This document shows positions 9,689-20,000 of a stretch of 30,454 nucleotides of DNA, in pieces. The DNA lies in assembly GCA_900128565.1 (NCBI GenBank), contig LT635910.1, positions 62,001 to 92,454 of the forward strand, read 5' to 3'. Source of the stretch: Stramenopiles sp. TOSAG23-6 (Eukaryota). Position 1 is the first letter of the stretch; every line of letters starts with the position of its first letter. The notes beneath the pieces were generated by a model that was given only the letters and a program-made list of their open reading frames with translations, made no database searches and was not told where the DNA came from. The translations under genes were made by a program, and so were the position numbers.

Positions 9689-11164
9689 ATGCCCCCTGCA
9701 AATACATTTGCTACAGCTGCATTTGCCACAGCAACCATTTCTACCATTGCATTGCGAATGCATAAATTGTCTCAGAGTGAAACGACACCTCTATTAAAGT
9801 TTACCGTCAGTGATGAGATGTTACGTCGTTTGAAGAGCGCTTTCCTTGTTGAAATGCAGGCAGGACTTGATGGAGTCAAAGGCTGTACAATGAAAATGCT
9901 CCCTTCATATGTTGACAAGTTACCTACTGGTGGTGAAAGTGGTACATTTTGGGCCCTTGATCTTGGTGGCACCAATTTCCGTGTTGTTCGAGTTCCCCTT
10001 TCAGAAGCTTCTGGTTGTTATGGCGAAATGTCTGATCACAAGGTGAGCCTTTCTCAACAGGCTCTCACAGGGTCCGCAGATGATTTATTCGGTTTCATTG
10101 CACATGAAATTAAAAAAGAGGGAGCTCGAACGGGTGATTTACTTTCATTTACATTTTCTTTTCCAGTAAACCAAACCTCAATTAACACTGGAACTCTCAT
10201 GGAGTGGACAAAAGGGTTTTCGACAGTTGGTGTAGTTGGAAAAGATGTTGTAGAATTGCTTTCCGCGGCTCTCCATCGTGAAGGAATAGACGTATCTGTT
10301 GTTGCCATGGTCAATGATACAGTCGGTACTCTCATGTCATGTGCTTATGAGCGTGCTGATTGTAGGATTGGTGCTATTCTTGGTACAGGGAGTAACGCCT
10401 GTTACGTCGAGCGTATAGATAAAATTGGAAAACTAAAGAACATTAATACTGATAGTAAATATATGGTAATCAATATGGAATGGGGAGGGTTTGGTTCGGC
10501 ACCATTATCTTCTCCAACACGAGCCGTACTACCATTAACTGCAATAGATGATGAAATCGATTCCGTGAGTCCCAATAAAGGACGACAAAGATTTGAAAAG
10601 TTAATATCTGGTTTATATATTGGTGAAATGGTTCGACTACTTTTACGTGATCTAGCTCACTCTGGTATGTTTTCTTCTTCATTTTCTAAATCATGGCAAA
10701 AAAATGAATTTTTATTTTGGGAGAAAAAAGCTACCATTTCTAATTCAAACATGGCATTTCAGACAAAAGAAGCTGCTCGAATTGAACGTGATGTTTCTCC
10801 TGAACTTGCNGACGTAAAAGTCGTTTTAGAACAACATGGTATAGATTGTACTACTGCATTAATATCGGACTTTCAATTGATTCAAGATGCATGTTCTGCA
10901 ATATCCACAAGATCTGCACGTCTTGCTGCTATTGGAATTGCTGCTATTATTGAAAAGATGAAAAATAGTGGTGTGGAGATGAATTCAGACACAGATGGTA
11001 GAGGTTTGTGTAGTGTTGGTATTGATGGAAGTGTTTTTGAAAAATATCCGAAATTTAAATCAAGAATGGAAGCTGCATTAGATGCAGTGGGATGTAAATG
11101 TTCTCTAGTTTTAGCTCAAGATGGATCTGGTAAAGGTGCTGCACTGGTTGCGGCATGTCTTTAA
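9689..11164 (+). CDS. HXK: Hexokinase (eukaryotic type, single 50-kDa unit)
   Basis: LDLGGTNFRV, FTFSFP, WTKGF, NDTVGTL, ILGTGSNACY, INMEWGGF, FEKLISGLYIGE, GIDGSVF, DGSGKGAAL. Confidence 0.97.
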   Translation: MPPANTFATAAFATATISTIALRMHKLSQSETTPLLKFTVSDEMLRRLKSAFLVEMQAGLDGVKGCTMKMLPSYVDKLPTGGESGTFWALDLGGTNFRVVRVPLSEASGCYGEMSDHKVSLSQQALTGSADDLFGFIAHEIKKEGARTGDLLSFTFSFPVNQTSINTGTLMEWTKGFSTVGVVGKDVVELLSAALHREGIDVSVVAMVNDTVGTLMSCAYERADCRIGAILGTGSNACYVERIDKIGKLKNINTDSKYMVINMEWGGFGSAPLSSPTRAVLPLTAIDDEIDSVSPNKGRQRFEKLISGLYIGEMVRLLLRDLAHSGMFSSSFSKSWQKNEFLFWEKKATISNSNMAFQTKEAARIERDVSPELXDVKVVLEQHGIDCTTALISDFQLIQDACSAISTRSARLAAIGIAAIIEKMKNSGVEMNSDTDGRGLCSVGIDGSVFEKYPKFKSRMEAALDAVGCKCSLVLAQDGSGKGAALVAACL

Positions 11165-11238
11165 AAAGTATTTACTTGATGTAAATATACTGTTTGTGGC
11201 ATGACTTTTAAAAAGTATTTACTTGATGTAAATATACT
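11152..11238. repeat. Tandem duplication (~46-bp period) spanning the hexokinase stop codon
   Basis: ggcatg..tttaaaaagtatttacttgatgtaaatatact at 11152 and 11198. Confidence 0.9.
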
Positions 11239-11410
11239 AGATGACTGACTTACGCAATTATGTTTTTTTTNATGTAAGATAAATTAAATTAAATTTCAAA
11301 GATAGTAAACACTTGACTTACTCTTTTTAGATATATTTCATAATAAATATCTGACACAATCATGATAAATAGTAAATAAATAACATTATTATACAATCAA
11401 TCATAAAATT

Positions 11411-12799
11411 CTACGAACCATAGCTATATACAAACTCATCCAAAAAATGATTATCTCGACCACCAAAACAATTTCCTGCACCTGGTAAACCTGAACCCGA
11501 GTCAGGTACAACTACAACAGTAAATTGATCAAATAAAGGTGGTTTTATATCTCGTGCAAATGTTTGGAAATCACCCCACAAAACTGAAGGTAAAACAGGA
11601 TCATCTCCAGTTGTTCCATCTACATCTCCCCAAGATGTGATTTGGTTAGGATTACTGGGTGATGCGTTTCCCCCAATCCAAATAAGAGATCCACAACCAT
11701 CATATTTTTTGCCAGGTGGGACATATGAATTTGAAGCTTTATTTTTCAAATATGCTCGTGTTGCAAAACTTTCACAGACACGAATGATATTGACATTGTC
11801 TTTTGTACACTTATTACCTACAGAATCGATAATAGTACTTACTTGTGTAGGATCTCCTGTATCATTGAAACAAGTTTTACCACACTCGCGATGGTAATAG
11901 TCACCGGATGTGTCCACAGACGCCTCTGCTTTCGCCTTAGCAGATGATATAGATTCCATTGTAAATTGTGCACCTTTTGGTTCAACAGGAATTTTCTTCA
12001 ACTCTGCTGCATAAGCACGATCGTACGAATATTGGGAATTATTTTTTGCGTGTTCTTCCTGTAGTTTTTTTTCAGCATCTGCAACAGTCATACCATTATT
12101 AATGTATTGCTGATACTTTGTTTTACCAATAGCAGTTTTTGGACATTCTGTGTTACAACAGCCAAAAAAATGGGATGACTTTGGATTACAAAATAAGCAA
12201 AAATATTCCTATCTTGTACACAATATGTGAGTTATAAAATGAATGAATAATTTTAATCAATGGATACGTTGTTGTAATGATTTGTCGTAGTAAATACAAA
12301 ATACATTTAATTCTGCGTAGTTAGTCAAGGCATGCAACCTACAAGAACCATTNTTCCGAGGGCGACCTGCACCAGATCCGCCTACATCAAAAAAATGGTC
12401 GTACGCCATCTGTATTTCTTGTGCCAGCACATTACTGCAGCAGGACGATGAAGAATAGTGAGCACAGGGATACAGCTCAAAAACGCTATTTTTTTGCGGT
12501 GANGAGAAAGTTCCATGGGTTGTAATTAATGGACTTCCATCTGCTTCTGATGTTGGATTTTGTCCACCATAACCCGAGATACATTGAGATGAATTTTTTA
12601 TAGCTTCTTTTCCGTCTTCAGCTAACTTTCTTTTTAATTTTGTGCCTCTGTAAGAAGTCAAGGAAATTCTCTTTTGTTTTTTTTCAATTTCTGGAAATTG
12701 GACTTCGTTCATCCGACGATTATAGAGCATGATATATGATAGGCAACCCAAAAATAACAACCATGCCAATACACATGCTTTTTTAATCTTTGATTGCAT
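11411..12799 (-). CDS. Cys-rich folate-receptor-family (Folate_rec/NPC1-N-like) protein with an N-terminal membrane anchor; exons 12799-12305 and 12208-11411 (~430 aa)
   Basis: PCAHYSSSSCC...GSC...YAELN|EYFCLFCNP...IRVCESFATRAY...YDGCG...KPPLF...NCF. Two listed ORFs join in frame across a 96-nt GT-AG intron. N-terminal TM segment ACVLAWLLFLGCLSYIML. Confidence 0.6.
12209..12304 (-). other. Spliceosomal intron, 96 nt, phase 0
   Basis: GTATTT...AACTCAC...GATAG; removal gives the continuous ELNEYFCLFCNP. Confidence 0.85.
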
Positions 12800-13246
12800 T
12801 GTTCTTTAGTTGTGTAATATTGAATGTGTAGAAAACTTCCAAAAGCTCCGCGTAGCGTTTTTTAACACCGTAACGGCCATTACCGGGTACCCATTTTAAT
12901 AATTTGAAGTTCTTTTATTATATGTTGTCATAAATTTCAAATTGTTCAAGTGTAGTATTGTGTTGCAAACGATCTGATTCAAGATCTGAAGATCCATCGT
13001 TATAATCTAATTTCCTTGGAAAGATCGTATCTGCATCAAATGCTTTTAACNAAATTCTTTACAATAATTGAGAAGTCTTCTTCATTTTCAACTATTACAC
13101 TGTTGACATCAGTAAATGAAAAGGATAAAAAGTTTTGACTCAAAAAAAATTGTTACTTTATTACATGCACATTTTTTTAAGAGAAAAAAGCAAATTAATC
13201 AAAATAGAATATTTCGATAGAAAAATATTTTCAATAAAACAGTCTC

Positions 13247-13365
13247 CAACATGAAATATAATGTCATTCGCATAGGCATATATCATGAAATATAATGTCA
13301 TTTGCATAGTCATATATACTACAACATGAAATATAATGTCATTTGCATAGGCATATATACTACAA
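13247..13365. repeat. 34-41-bp tandem repeat, 3 copies
   Basis: catgaaatataatgtcatt(c/t)gcatag(g/t)catatat at 13250, 13284 and 13325. Confidence 0.93.
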
Positions 13366-15135
13366 ACCATCACGTTCTGACCAAATTGCTCCATCTTGCC
13401 AATCATTAGGAAGAGAATGATTACCAATATCACTACATCTTTTTTGGTATTCTGTTCTCCCTTCAGCATCCTGACTGCCTCTATTTTGAATGTTTGAAAC
13501 ACCTAACTTTGCCATATGTCGTTCCAAAACACCAGCATTGTGTTCATATGAAGCACCTCTTTCTGTATACCAATCGATAAATCGGAGTACAATAGCCAAT
13601 TGCTTGCGCATTAATGTGCGAGTTGATTGTAGTTCAATAACTGCACCTTCTAAATCATTCAATTTACGTTTTGAAAAAGCGTTTCTTGCAATTGTACTTT
13701 TATCATGATCTATGAGTTTTTGAGCTACAATATTACTACTATTTTGAGTAGCTTTCTCTAAATCTTGAATTCGTTGAGCTAGTAAGGGTAATTTCCCACC
13801 TTCTGCATTGACGTCATAATGTGACTGTACTGCTTTTTCTAACTTTTGATTAATTTGTTTTTCTTTTCCTTTTACATCTTTGCGCCAAAGAGAAAGATCT
13901 GTAGTCAAATTAAACAAAGCTTCAATTTGGGCTTGTAATGCTCGTGTATTTTCTCCATCCGCTTCTTGCTGAAGTTGTAAAGCTTCAAGTGTTTGATGTA
14001 AAGTTTCTCTCCAACTTTGACGTCCACCTCTNGAAAAAGTTCCACTTCCTTGACTACTACTGTGTTGGCTTACTGGTCTGTGATAATCTTCTTCATTTAC
14101 AGAACTTTGTGGAGAATTAGTTACAGAACTATTTGTAGAACTTTGTGGAGAAGATTGTGAGAAAGCGCTGCGACTTTTTGTATTTTCATTATAATTACTG
14201 AAATTATGACTGTTACAATTATTGGTATTATTATTTTCTTTGAAATTTAAATTGTTTTTAATTCCGGTCGTATTTTGCTCAACATCACAAACCTCAGAAA
14301 CAATTCTTTCAACAACAGGTTCTTCATATGAAATATGTTTATCAAAAGAATTTCCATATTGCTCCATCCCTCCTTGGTCTTCAATATCTTCAGTTGGTTG
14401 TGATGTAGTCATAAGAGTTTCCTTTAGATCGTGCTCGTCAATACCTTCGAGTTCCATTATTCTATTGACACGCAAACGGAGATATCCCAANTGTTTCAAT
14501 AGCCCAACATGTTGTTTTTTTGATAATTGAGAAATTTGATTCTGTTTATCTATAGCAGACGATAATTTAAGCTCTGTTGATTTGCGGAAAGAATTTAAGG
14601 AATTCCACTGTTGTGTCGCAGCCATAACAACAGTGAGCTCTGAGCGATCAATTTTACAACTNACAATACCCTCCATTGCAACTACATGTTGATGCAATTC
14701 ATGGTGTGCTTTTGTCGCTTGGTNAAATGCTTCCTGTGATGAACACGTACTAATAATATTTTTTTTTGTTTCATCAATAGCTTTCGTAATTGCTTCAGTT
14801 GTTTTCTTCAACTCCAAAACAGTTGCACTTTTATTGACAAGATCTTTCAATTCAGCGATACATTTTAAATTGATACATACCAACTCGCCAATGTTTAAAT
14901 TATCAGATAATTTTAAGTCTAGGCGAATTTTTTCGCGAAGTAGACGTATTTCTGTGGCCAGTGCTAACCGCTCAACTTCCCACTCTTCCCGTTGTCGAGT
15001 CATTTCTGTCCTACTTATTGTATCTTTATCCAGACGCTGTTTCATATGGATCAGCATTGAGGCCTGTTCTTTCACTAAAGATTCTAGTGTGCTTATTCGA
15101 TGCGATTGCTGCTCAAATACCCCACATGACGACAT
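13360..15135 (-). CDS. Uncharacterised coiled-coil protein (~591 aa from ATG 15135; may have a further 3' exon at about 13091-12918)
   Basis: Long ORF with heptad-rich segments, an N/S-rich central linker and a conserved-looking C-terminal motif LRFIDWYTERGASYEHN. The listed start at 15189 is GTG; the first ATG is at 15135. Confidence 0.8.
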   Translation of the reverse strand: MSSCGVFEQQSHRISTLESLVKEQASMLIHMKQRLDKDTISRTEMTRQREEWEVERLALATEIRLLREKIRLDLKLSDNLNIGELVCINLKCIAELKDLVNKSATVLELKKTTEAITKAIDETKKNIISTCSSQEAFXQATKAHHELHQHVVAMEGIXSCKIDRSELTVVMAATQQWNSLNSFRKSTELKLSSAIDKQNQISQLSKKQHVGLLKXLGYLRLRVNRIMELEGIDEHDLKETLMTTSQPTEDIEDQGGMEQYGNSFDKHISYEEPVVERIVSEVCDVEQNTTGIKNNLNFKENNNTNNCNSHNFSNYNENTKSRSAFSQSSPQSSTNSSVTNSPQSSVNEEDYHRPVSQHSSSQGSGTFXRGGRQSWRETLHQTLEALQLQQEADGENTRALQAQIEALFNLTTDLSLWRKDVKGKEKQINQKLEKAVQSHYDVNAEGGKLPLLAQRIQDLEKATQNSSNIVAQKLIDHDKSTIARNAFSKRKLNDLEGAVIELQSTRTLMRKQLAIVLRFIDWYTERGASYEHNAGVLERHMAKLGVSNIQNRGSQDAEGRTEYQKRCSDIGNHSLPNDWQDGAIWSERDGL

Positions 15136-15213
15136 TATTAAACGTAAATAAACTCGCAGATTAGAGAAATAAACTCTCTCTCTTCCCACTCTGGTCGAAA
15201 AAAAAACTTTGCG

Positions 15214-15234
15214 TTTGAAATTTCAAATTTTGAA
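15214..15234. promoter_or_regulatory. 21-bp TTTGAA-rich element, identical copy at 29108-29128
   Basis: TTTGAAATTTCAAATTTTGAA upstream of a minus-strand gene; contains the palindrome TTTGAAATTTCAAA. Confidence 0.45.
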
Positions 15235-15426
15235 GTTTTTTTTTGAAATTTTTAAATTCGAAATTCAAATTTTCCCCAAAAAAAAAATGAAACTAAAAGA
15301 AAGCTAAAAGAAAGTATATATATTATGTGTAAACAGTATATTATTATATACAAGTTAGTGAAAAAAAAAATGTCTGTCGTTATTAATGAACTAGTTTTGA
15401 TATTAAAAAGTATTAAACTACATATT

Positions 15427-16704
15427 TTATTTTAAGATGACTGGCATTGAAGAAGGAGCTCTTTTACTGAGTAGTTCAGGTTTCTTTCCTTCTTCTGTAA
15501 CAAGTACATTTTCTTCATGAGCCATCTCAAAATGAGTTCCAAAACCAACACTTGGTTCAATTGAGAGAATCATACCTGATTTTATGACAGTTTCATCTGT
15601 AGGCATTATTGATGGCCATTCTGTAAGTTGTGTTCCTAAGCCATGACCCATTCGTCCAACTTCGCTAGTTCCATATCCATGTTTTTTAATAACATCGTTC
15701 ATCGCAAAAAAAATGTCACAAGCACGATTTCCAGGTATAGCAGCAGAAATACCAGCTTCGGTGGCTTCATATACTACATCAAATGCATACTTTGTAGAAT
15801 CACATGCTTTACCAAAAGCAAAATTACGGTCGAAATCGCAAAAATAACCGTCATATGTTGAACCCGTATCTATAACAAGAACGTCACCATTACCAATGAT
15901 CCGATCTGTAGGTCCCATAATTATATTATTATAGGATTCGTAACCTGATTGTGCAATCATATATGGAATGCTGTCTGCTCCAGATCTAAGCAAATCTTCC
16001 TGAAGCAGCTTTGTGCACTCTCGTTCGGTCAAACCTANATGCATTTTCTCAGGAAGTCGTTCGAAGCATTCACTTGCAACTTGGCACATAAAACGAGTTT
16101 TCGAAATTTCAGCTGGAGATTTTATTGAGCGTACTTCACGTATTATTGGATGTACATCCACAAAATCAACACTTGTACACTTATCCGCAAGTCTTTGAGT
16201 AAGTGAAATAAAATCTCCCTGTGGCATGCGGATGGTAGACTCATGTCCCATTTGAAAACCNATTCGAGAATTTGTATCATGCATTGTACTAGCTANTATT
16301 TCTAACAATGTATCANCNACTAATGTTAAACCTTCATCTAATGGGGAAGGACTCTCCCATGTACGTACCCTTTCAATCCAAGTAGACTCAAAGCCTCGGA
16401 CGCCTATTGATGGTACAATAGCAATTGGTTTTCCATGTGCTGGAATAGCAAGAAACCAAGGACGGGTTGGAGATTCCCAAAATTGAGATACCCAACCAGT
16501 ATAGTATTCAAACTCTGCCTTTGTAGTAATCAAGAGCACGTCTACATTTTCTTCAAGCATTCGAAACTGTGTGCGTGACGTTCTTTCCCTGTATTCGTTG
16601 AAAGTAAATCCACGCGACGGAGACGACAGGCTTGAAAAGCACGAGATACACTTACCTCGAAGAATGTTTTGCTGGTTTAAACTGACTAGAGAACGATTCA
16701 ACAT
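15427..16704 (-). CDS. M24B (Xaa-Pro peptidase/creatinase-fold) metallohydrolase, bacterial-like, with probable mitochondrial presequence (~425 aa)
   Basis: Creatinase-N region (EYRERTSRTQ...DVLLIT...YYTG), IKSPAEI, metal ligands IDTG / CDFDR / GHGLG / SIEP / HEENV. First ATG at 16704 gives MLNRSLVSLNQQNILRGKCISCFSSLSSPSRG. Confidence 0.9.
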   Translation of the reverse strand: MLNRSLVSLNQQNILRGKCISCFSSLSSPSRGFTFNEYRERTSRTQFRMLEENVDVLLITTKAEFEYYTGWVSQFWESPTRPWFLAIPAHGKPIAIVPSIGVRGFESTWIERVRTWESPSPLDEGLTLXXDTLLEIXASTMHDTNSRXGFQMGHESTIRMPQGDFISLTQRLADKCTSVDFVDVHPIIREVRSIKSPAEISKTRFMCQVASECFERLPEKMHXGLTERECTKLLQEDLLRSGADSIPYMIAQSGYESYNNIIMGPTDRIIGNGDVLVIDTGSTYDGYFCDFDRNFAFGKACDSTKYAFDVVYEATEAGISAAIPGNRACDIFFAMNDVIKKHGYGTSEVGRMGHGLGTQLTEWPSIMPTDETVIKSGMILSIEPSVGFGTHFEMAHEENVLVTEEGKKPELLSKRAPSSMPVILK

Positions 16705-17074
16705 GATACAACAGAAAAAAACTACGGTNCTTTCCCGGGAAAAAGAAGATTTTGGACCATAATCTGACCTCGTAAAAGTACCATTCGATTTGTTCACATG
16801 ANTTGTTGTTGCGAGCCATGCGTTTGAAACTTTTCAAAATGATTGGTCGAGAAACAAATNTAACGGTTAATATAACGGTCGAACATACTTAGTACTACAG
16901 GTGTAGTATATCCCTCGAAGTTACAAGTAAGCTTNGTGAGTTGTTTTTAACCAAATTAAGTATNCTCAAAGAAATANTTTTCTTTCTTTGCTCAAAAACA
17001 AATAAANTAGCTCAAATGTTTTTATTGAAGAGTGATAAAATATATAATCTTGATTTTGAATAAAACAAACAGGA

Positions 17075-20000
17075 ATGTCCCATTGTACTGAAATAGACTT
17101 GAAATTTGGTGACATAGTTTCTCTTCACTCAATGTCAGAAGATGGTGTGCAAGGTTTCCTCCGTGCTGAAGGCACATCTGAAATGCATGTTACTCCATCA
17201 AACTATGATAAAAATACTAAAGATATTACAAATAATACAGTAACAACTGACGACTTTCGGGAATGTGTATTCCGTGTTATGCCTCAGAAGCAATATTCTG
17301 CGAGAGAAGAGCTTCAACTGGAAATTGAAAAATTGACGTTATTTACAGCTGCTCGAAAGACTTCAAAAGACGCATATAATTCATACAAATATGGTCAAAT
17401 TGAATCTCAAATCTTGGCACTCAAAGAGAACATTTCGGATCTTCACGAAGCAGCAAACATTGAAACAAAATTTAACCAGGTTGAGACGAAAAAAAGGCTG
17501 GGTCAGTCAGTAAGGTTCGGTGAGTGCGTTCAACTGCAACATGTCAAAAGTGCCAAATATATTGCGGTTCAACCTCAAAGTGTTGCTTTATTAGAAACGA
17601 CATGCTTAAAGGTTGAACTTTCCCNAGGTTCTACGTGTTCATGGTTTACAATACGACCAAGATTTAAGGTACATACAGATGGAGATGTAGTAGAAGTTTC
17701 GGACCAAGTTGTACTGGAATTTCGCCAACGACCTCATGAATTTTTGCACGTAAATGCCCAGGAAGAAGTGAATTGTTCTTTGGTGCATACATCATGGTAT
17801 ATTGAACAGTTTTCATCATACACGTCTGACATGAATCGATTTGTGAACACACTATCAATGATAAGAATACAACATCCTCAAACTCATTCTTTTCTTTGTT
17901 CAAATGAATCAATCAAGTATATTGGAGGTAAACGGGTCATTGGATCAAATAGAAATGTGTTGCTTCATAAAGACGTTAAACTTGCGTCATTCCGAAAGAG
18001 AGTTAAAAATAGTAAACGCGAACATGGTAGTAATAATAAAATAGACACTGTTCATGAAACTGGTGCTGATGAGGCAGAAGAAACAGAAAGTTATGGTAAT
18101 GAATCTTCAATAAATTCGCCTCATCTAAATTCTAATTTTATTTGGATCATTGAAAGAGAAGATAATCGTACAGGTGGCGTCGCAGTTTGGGGAATGCGAT
18201 TTCGGTTTAGACATTTAAATAGTGGTTTATACCTATCTTCAAATCCAAGCTGTACAGCAGCTGAATTAATAGAGGAAGCAAATGTAAATAATATACCACT
18301 GAATAAGAAAATATCAAGCCATAATNAAATNTCAAATAAAAGTACAGGGTTGCATCAACGTATTCAAAATAAGGATGAGATACTAGCAAGTATTCGGAAC
18401 TTTAGTGATCTTTGTGTTGTAAAAAATAGAGAATCAATTGGTACTCTATTTGAGTTATCTCCGATTTCTCGCAAAACACGGGATTCGTTCCAAAGAATCC
18501 AGAAAGAATCAGGTCTAAAACTTAAAGCAATTGAGTATTTCCCAGTGGTCAATGATAAAGCAGGAAACGATAATGATGGTGAAAATAATGCAGGTACAAC
18601 GAATTCAATACACCCTGCATGGGTTCATCACCANTCTATTGAAGGACTCATAGATGGAAAAGAAATGCTAAGGTCTGTCAGATGCACTGATAAAAGCAAC
18701 AACGACGATGCACTCATTATACAAAACGTGAGTTCCAAACAATCCAAGGATACGGAACATTCACTTCATCTTGTGAACAATTTTGCACAATTATTTTTCA
18801 AATTGTCTAATGGTACGTTGACATTAAATGATGTAACGACATTAAAATATGCTGCCTCTTCCTTGGGTAATATTGTATACTTTGTTACAGGCAGAACATT
18901 GAACAAAACCTCATTTGGATTTGAAGATTCTATAGAAGCTATACTGGAAGAGTCCTTAGAGGTACCATTACACCCACGCCGGCAACATCTTGTACGCGAA
19001 CAAGGGGCATTGAGAATTGCATTTAATTTAATTGAGCTCTTGATTGATCGCTACCAAATAGGTGTAAATCATATGGAGAAAGAAGCTTTAAATGAATTAG
19101 AAACTAAAGAAGACAATAATAATGAAAATAATAGAAGTAGATGGTATGATGTTAAAGGTTTACATCTTGGCCAATTAGCAGGACGTAAGTTGCCGGGAAG
19201 TATACTTGGCGAGAAAGTTATATTGTTCTGTCGTGGTTTATACGCGATGATTACACTGACATTTCGCGAAAATACTAAAATAGAAATTTATGCAGCACAA
19301 TGGATTAATATAATGATAAAGCACATTAATCTTAATATTGGAGCTGTAGGATGTCTCACATTATTAGTTGACGATAATGCAACCATCCTCACGGAGCATG
19401 TGACTGCTAGTCATATTAAACTATTTGCAGGCTTAATTTTGCAGTTTGGAATGAATGCGCAATATTTGGAATTCCTTCATGCTCTTTGCTCGTGTGTTAA
19501 GGGTACACTTGGTCAAAGAGAAGTTATTCCTGATAATCAAGAACTTGTTGCTCGTTACATTTTAGATTTATCACAGACAAAAATTGAAAATACGACGAAA
19601 AATGATCGTGGTAGTGTGCTCATACGTACTAAATTTGATAAAGAGAGTAAAATTTCACCACCGATACAAAATGATTCAAATGACATTGACATATTTCTCA
19701 AAGACAGTCGTACTAATAGATCAACACATTCTAGAAATGTTAGCCATAATGAAAGTAAGATATGGGGGAAAGAACTTCTAGACCAAACCCACACAATTAT
19801 TATTACATGGGATTCTCCGCCTGCTTCCTTGTCACCAGAAGTTCTCTTTGGAAAAAAGTGGGTACCACTGTCAGAATTTATGAGAAAATGCGAAAACACG
19901 AAGAAAGAAGAAGGGCGAGTGACAATGAGGGATTATTATTGTACACAAATTAAGCTATTTGCAAGGATGTGCTTGAATCGAAATTATCTTGCCATAATAC

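Noticed and set aside
13161-13502. 113-aa minus-strand ORF
   Set aside because: Overlaps the coiled-coil gene out of frame and runs through the tandem repeat; no coding signature.
15427-16704. Naming the M24 protein DddP or ectoine hydrolase
   Set aside because: The fold is shared but I cannot see subfamily-diagnostic sequence; it needs a phylogeny.
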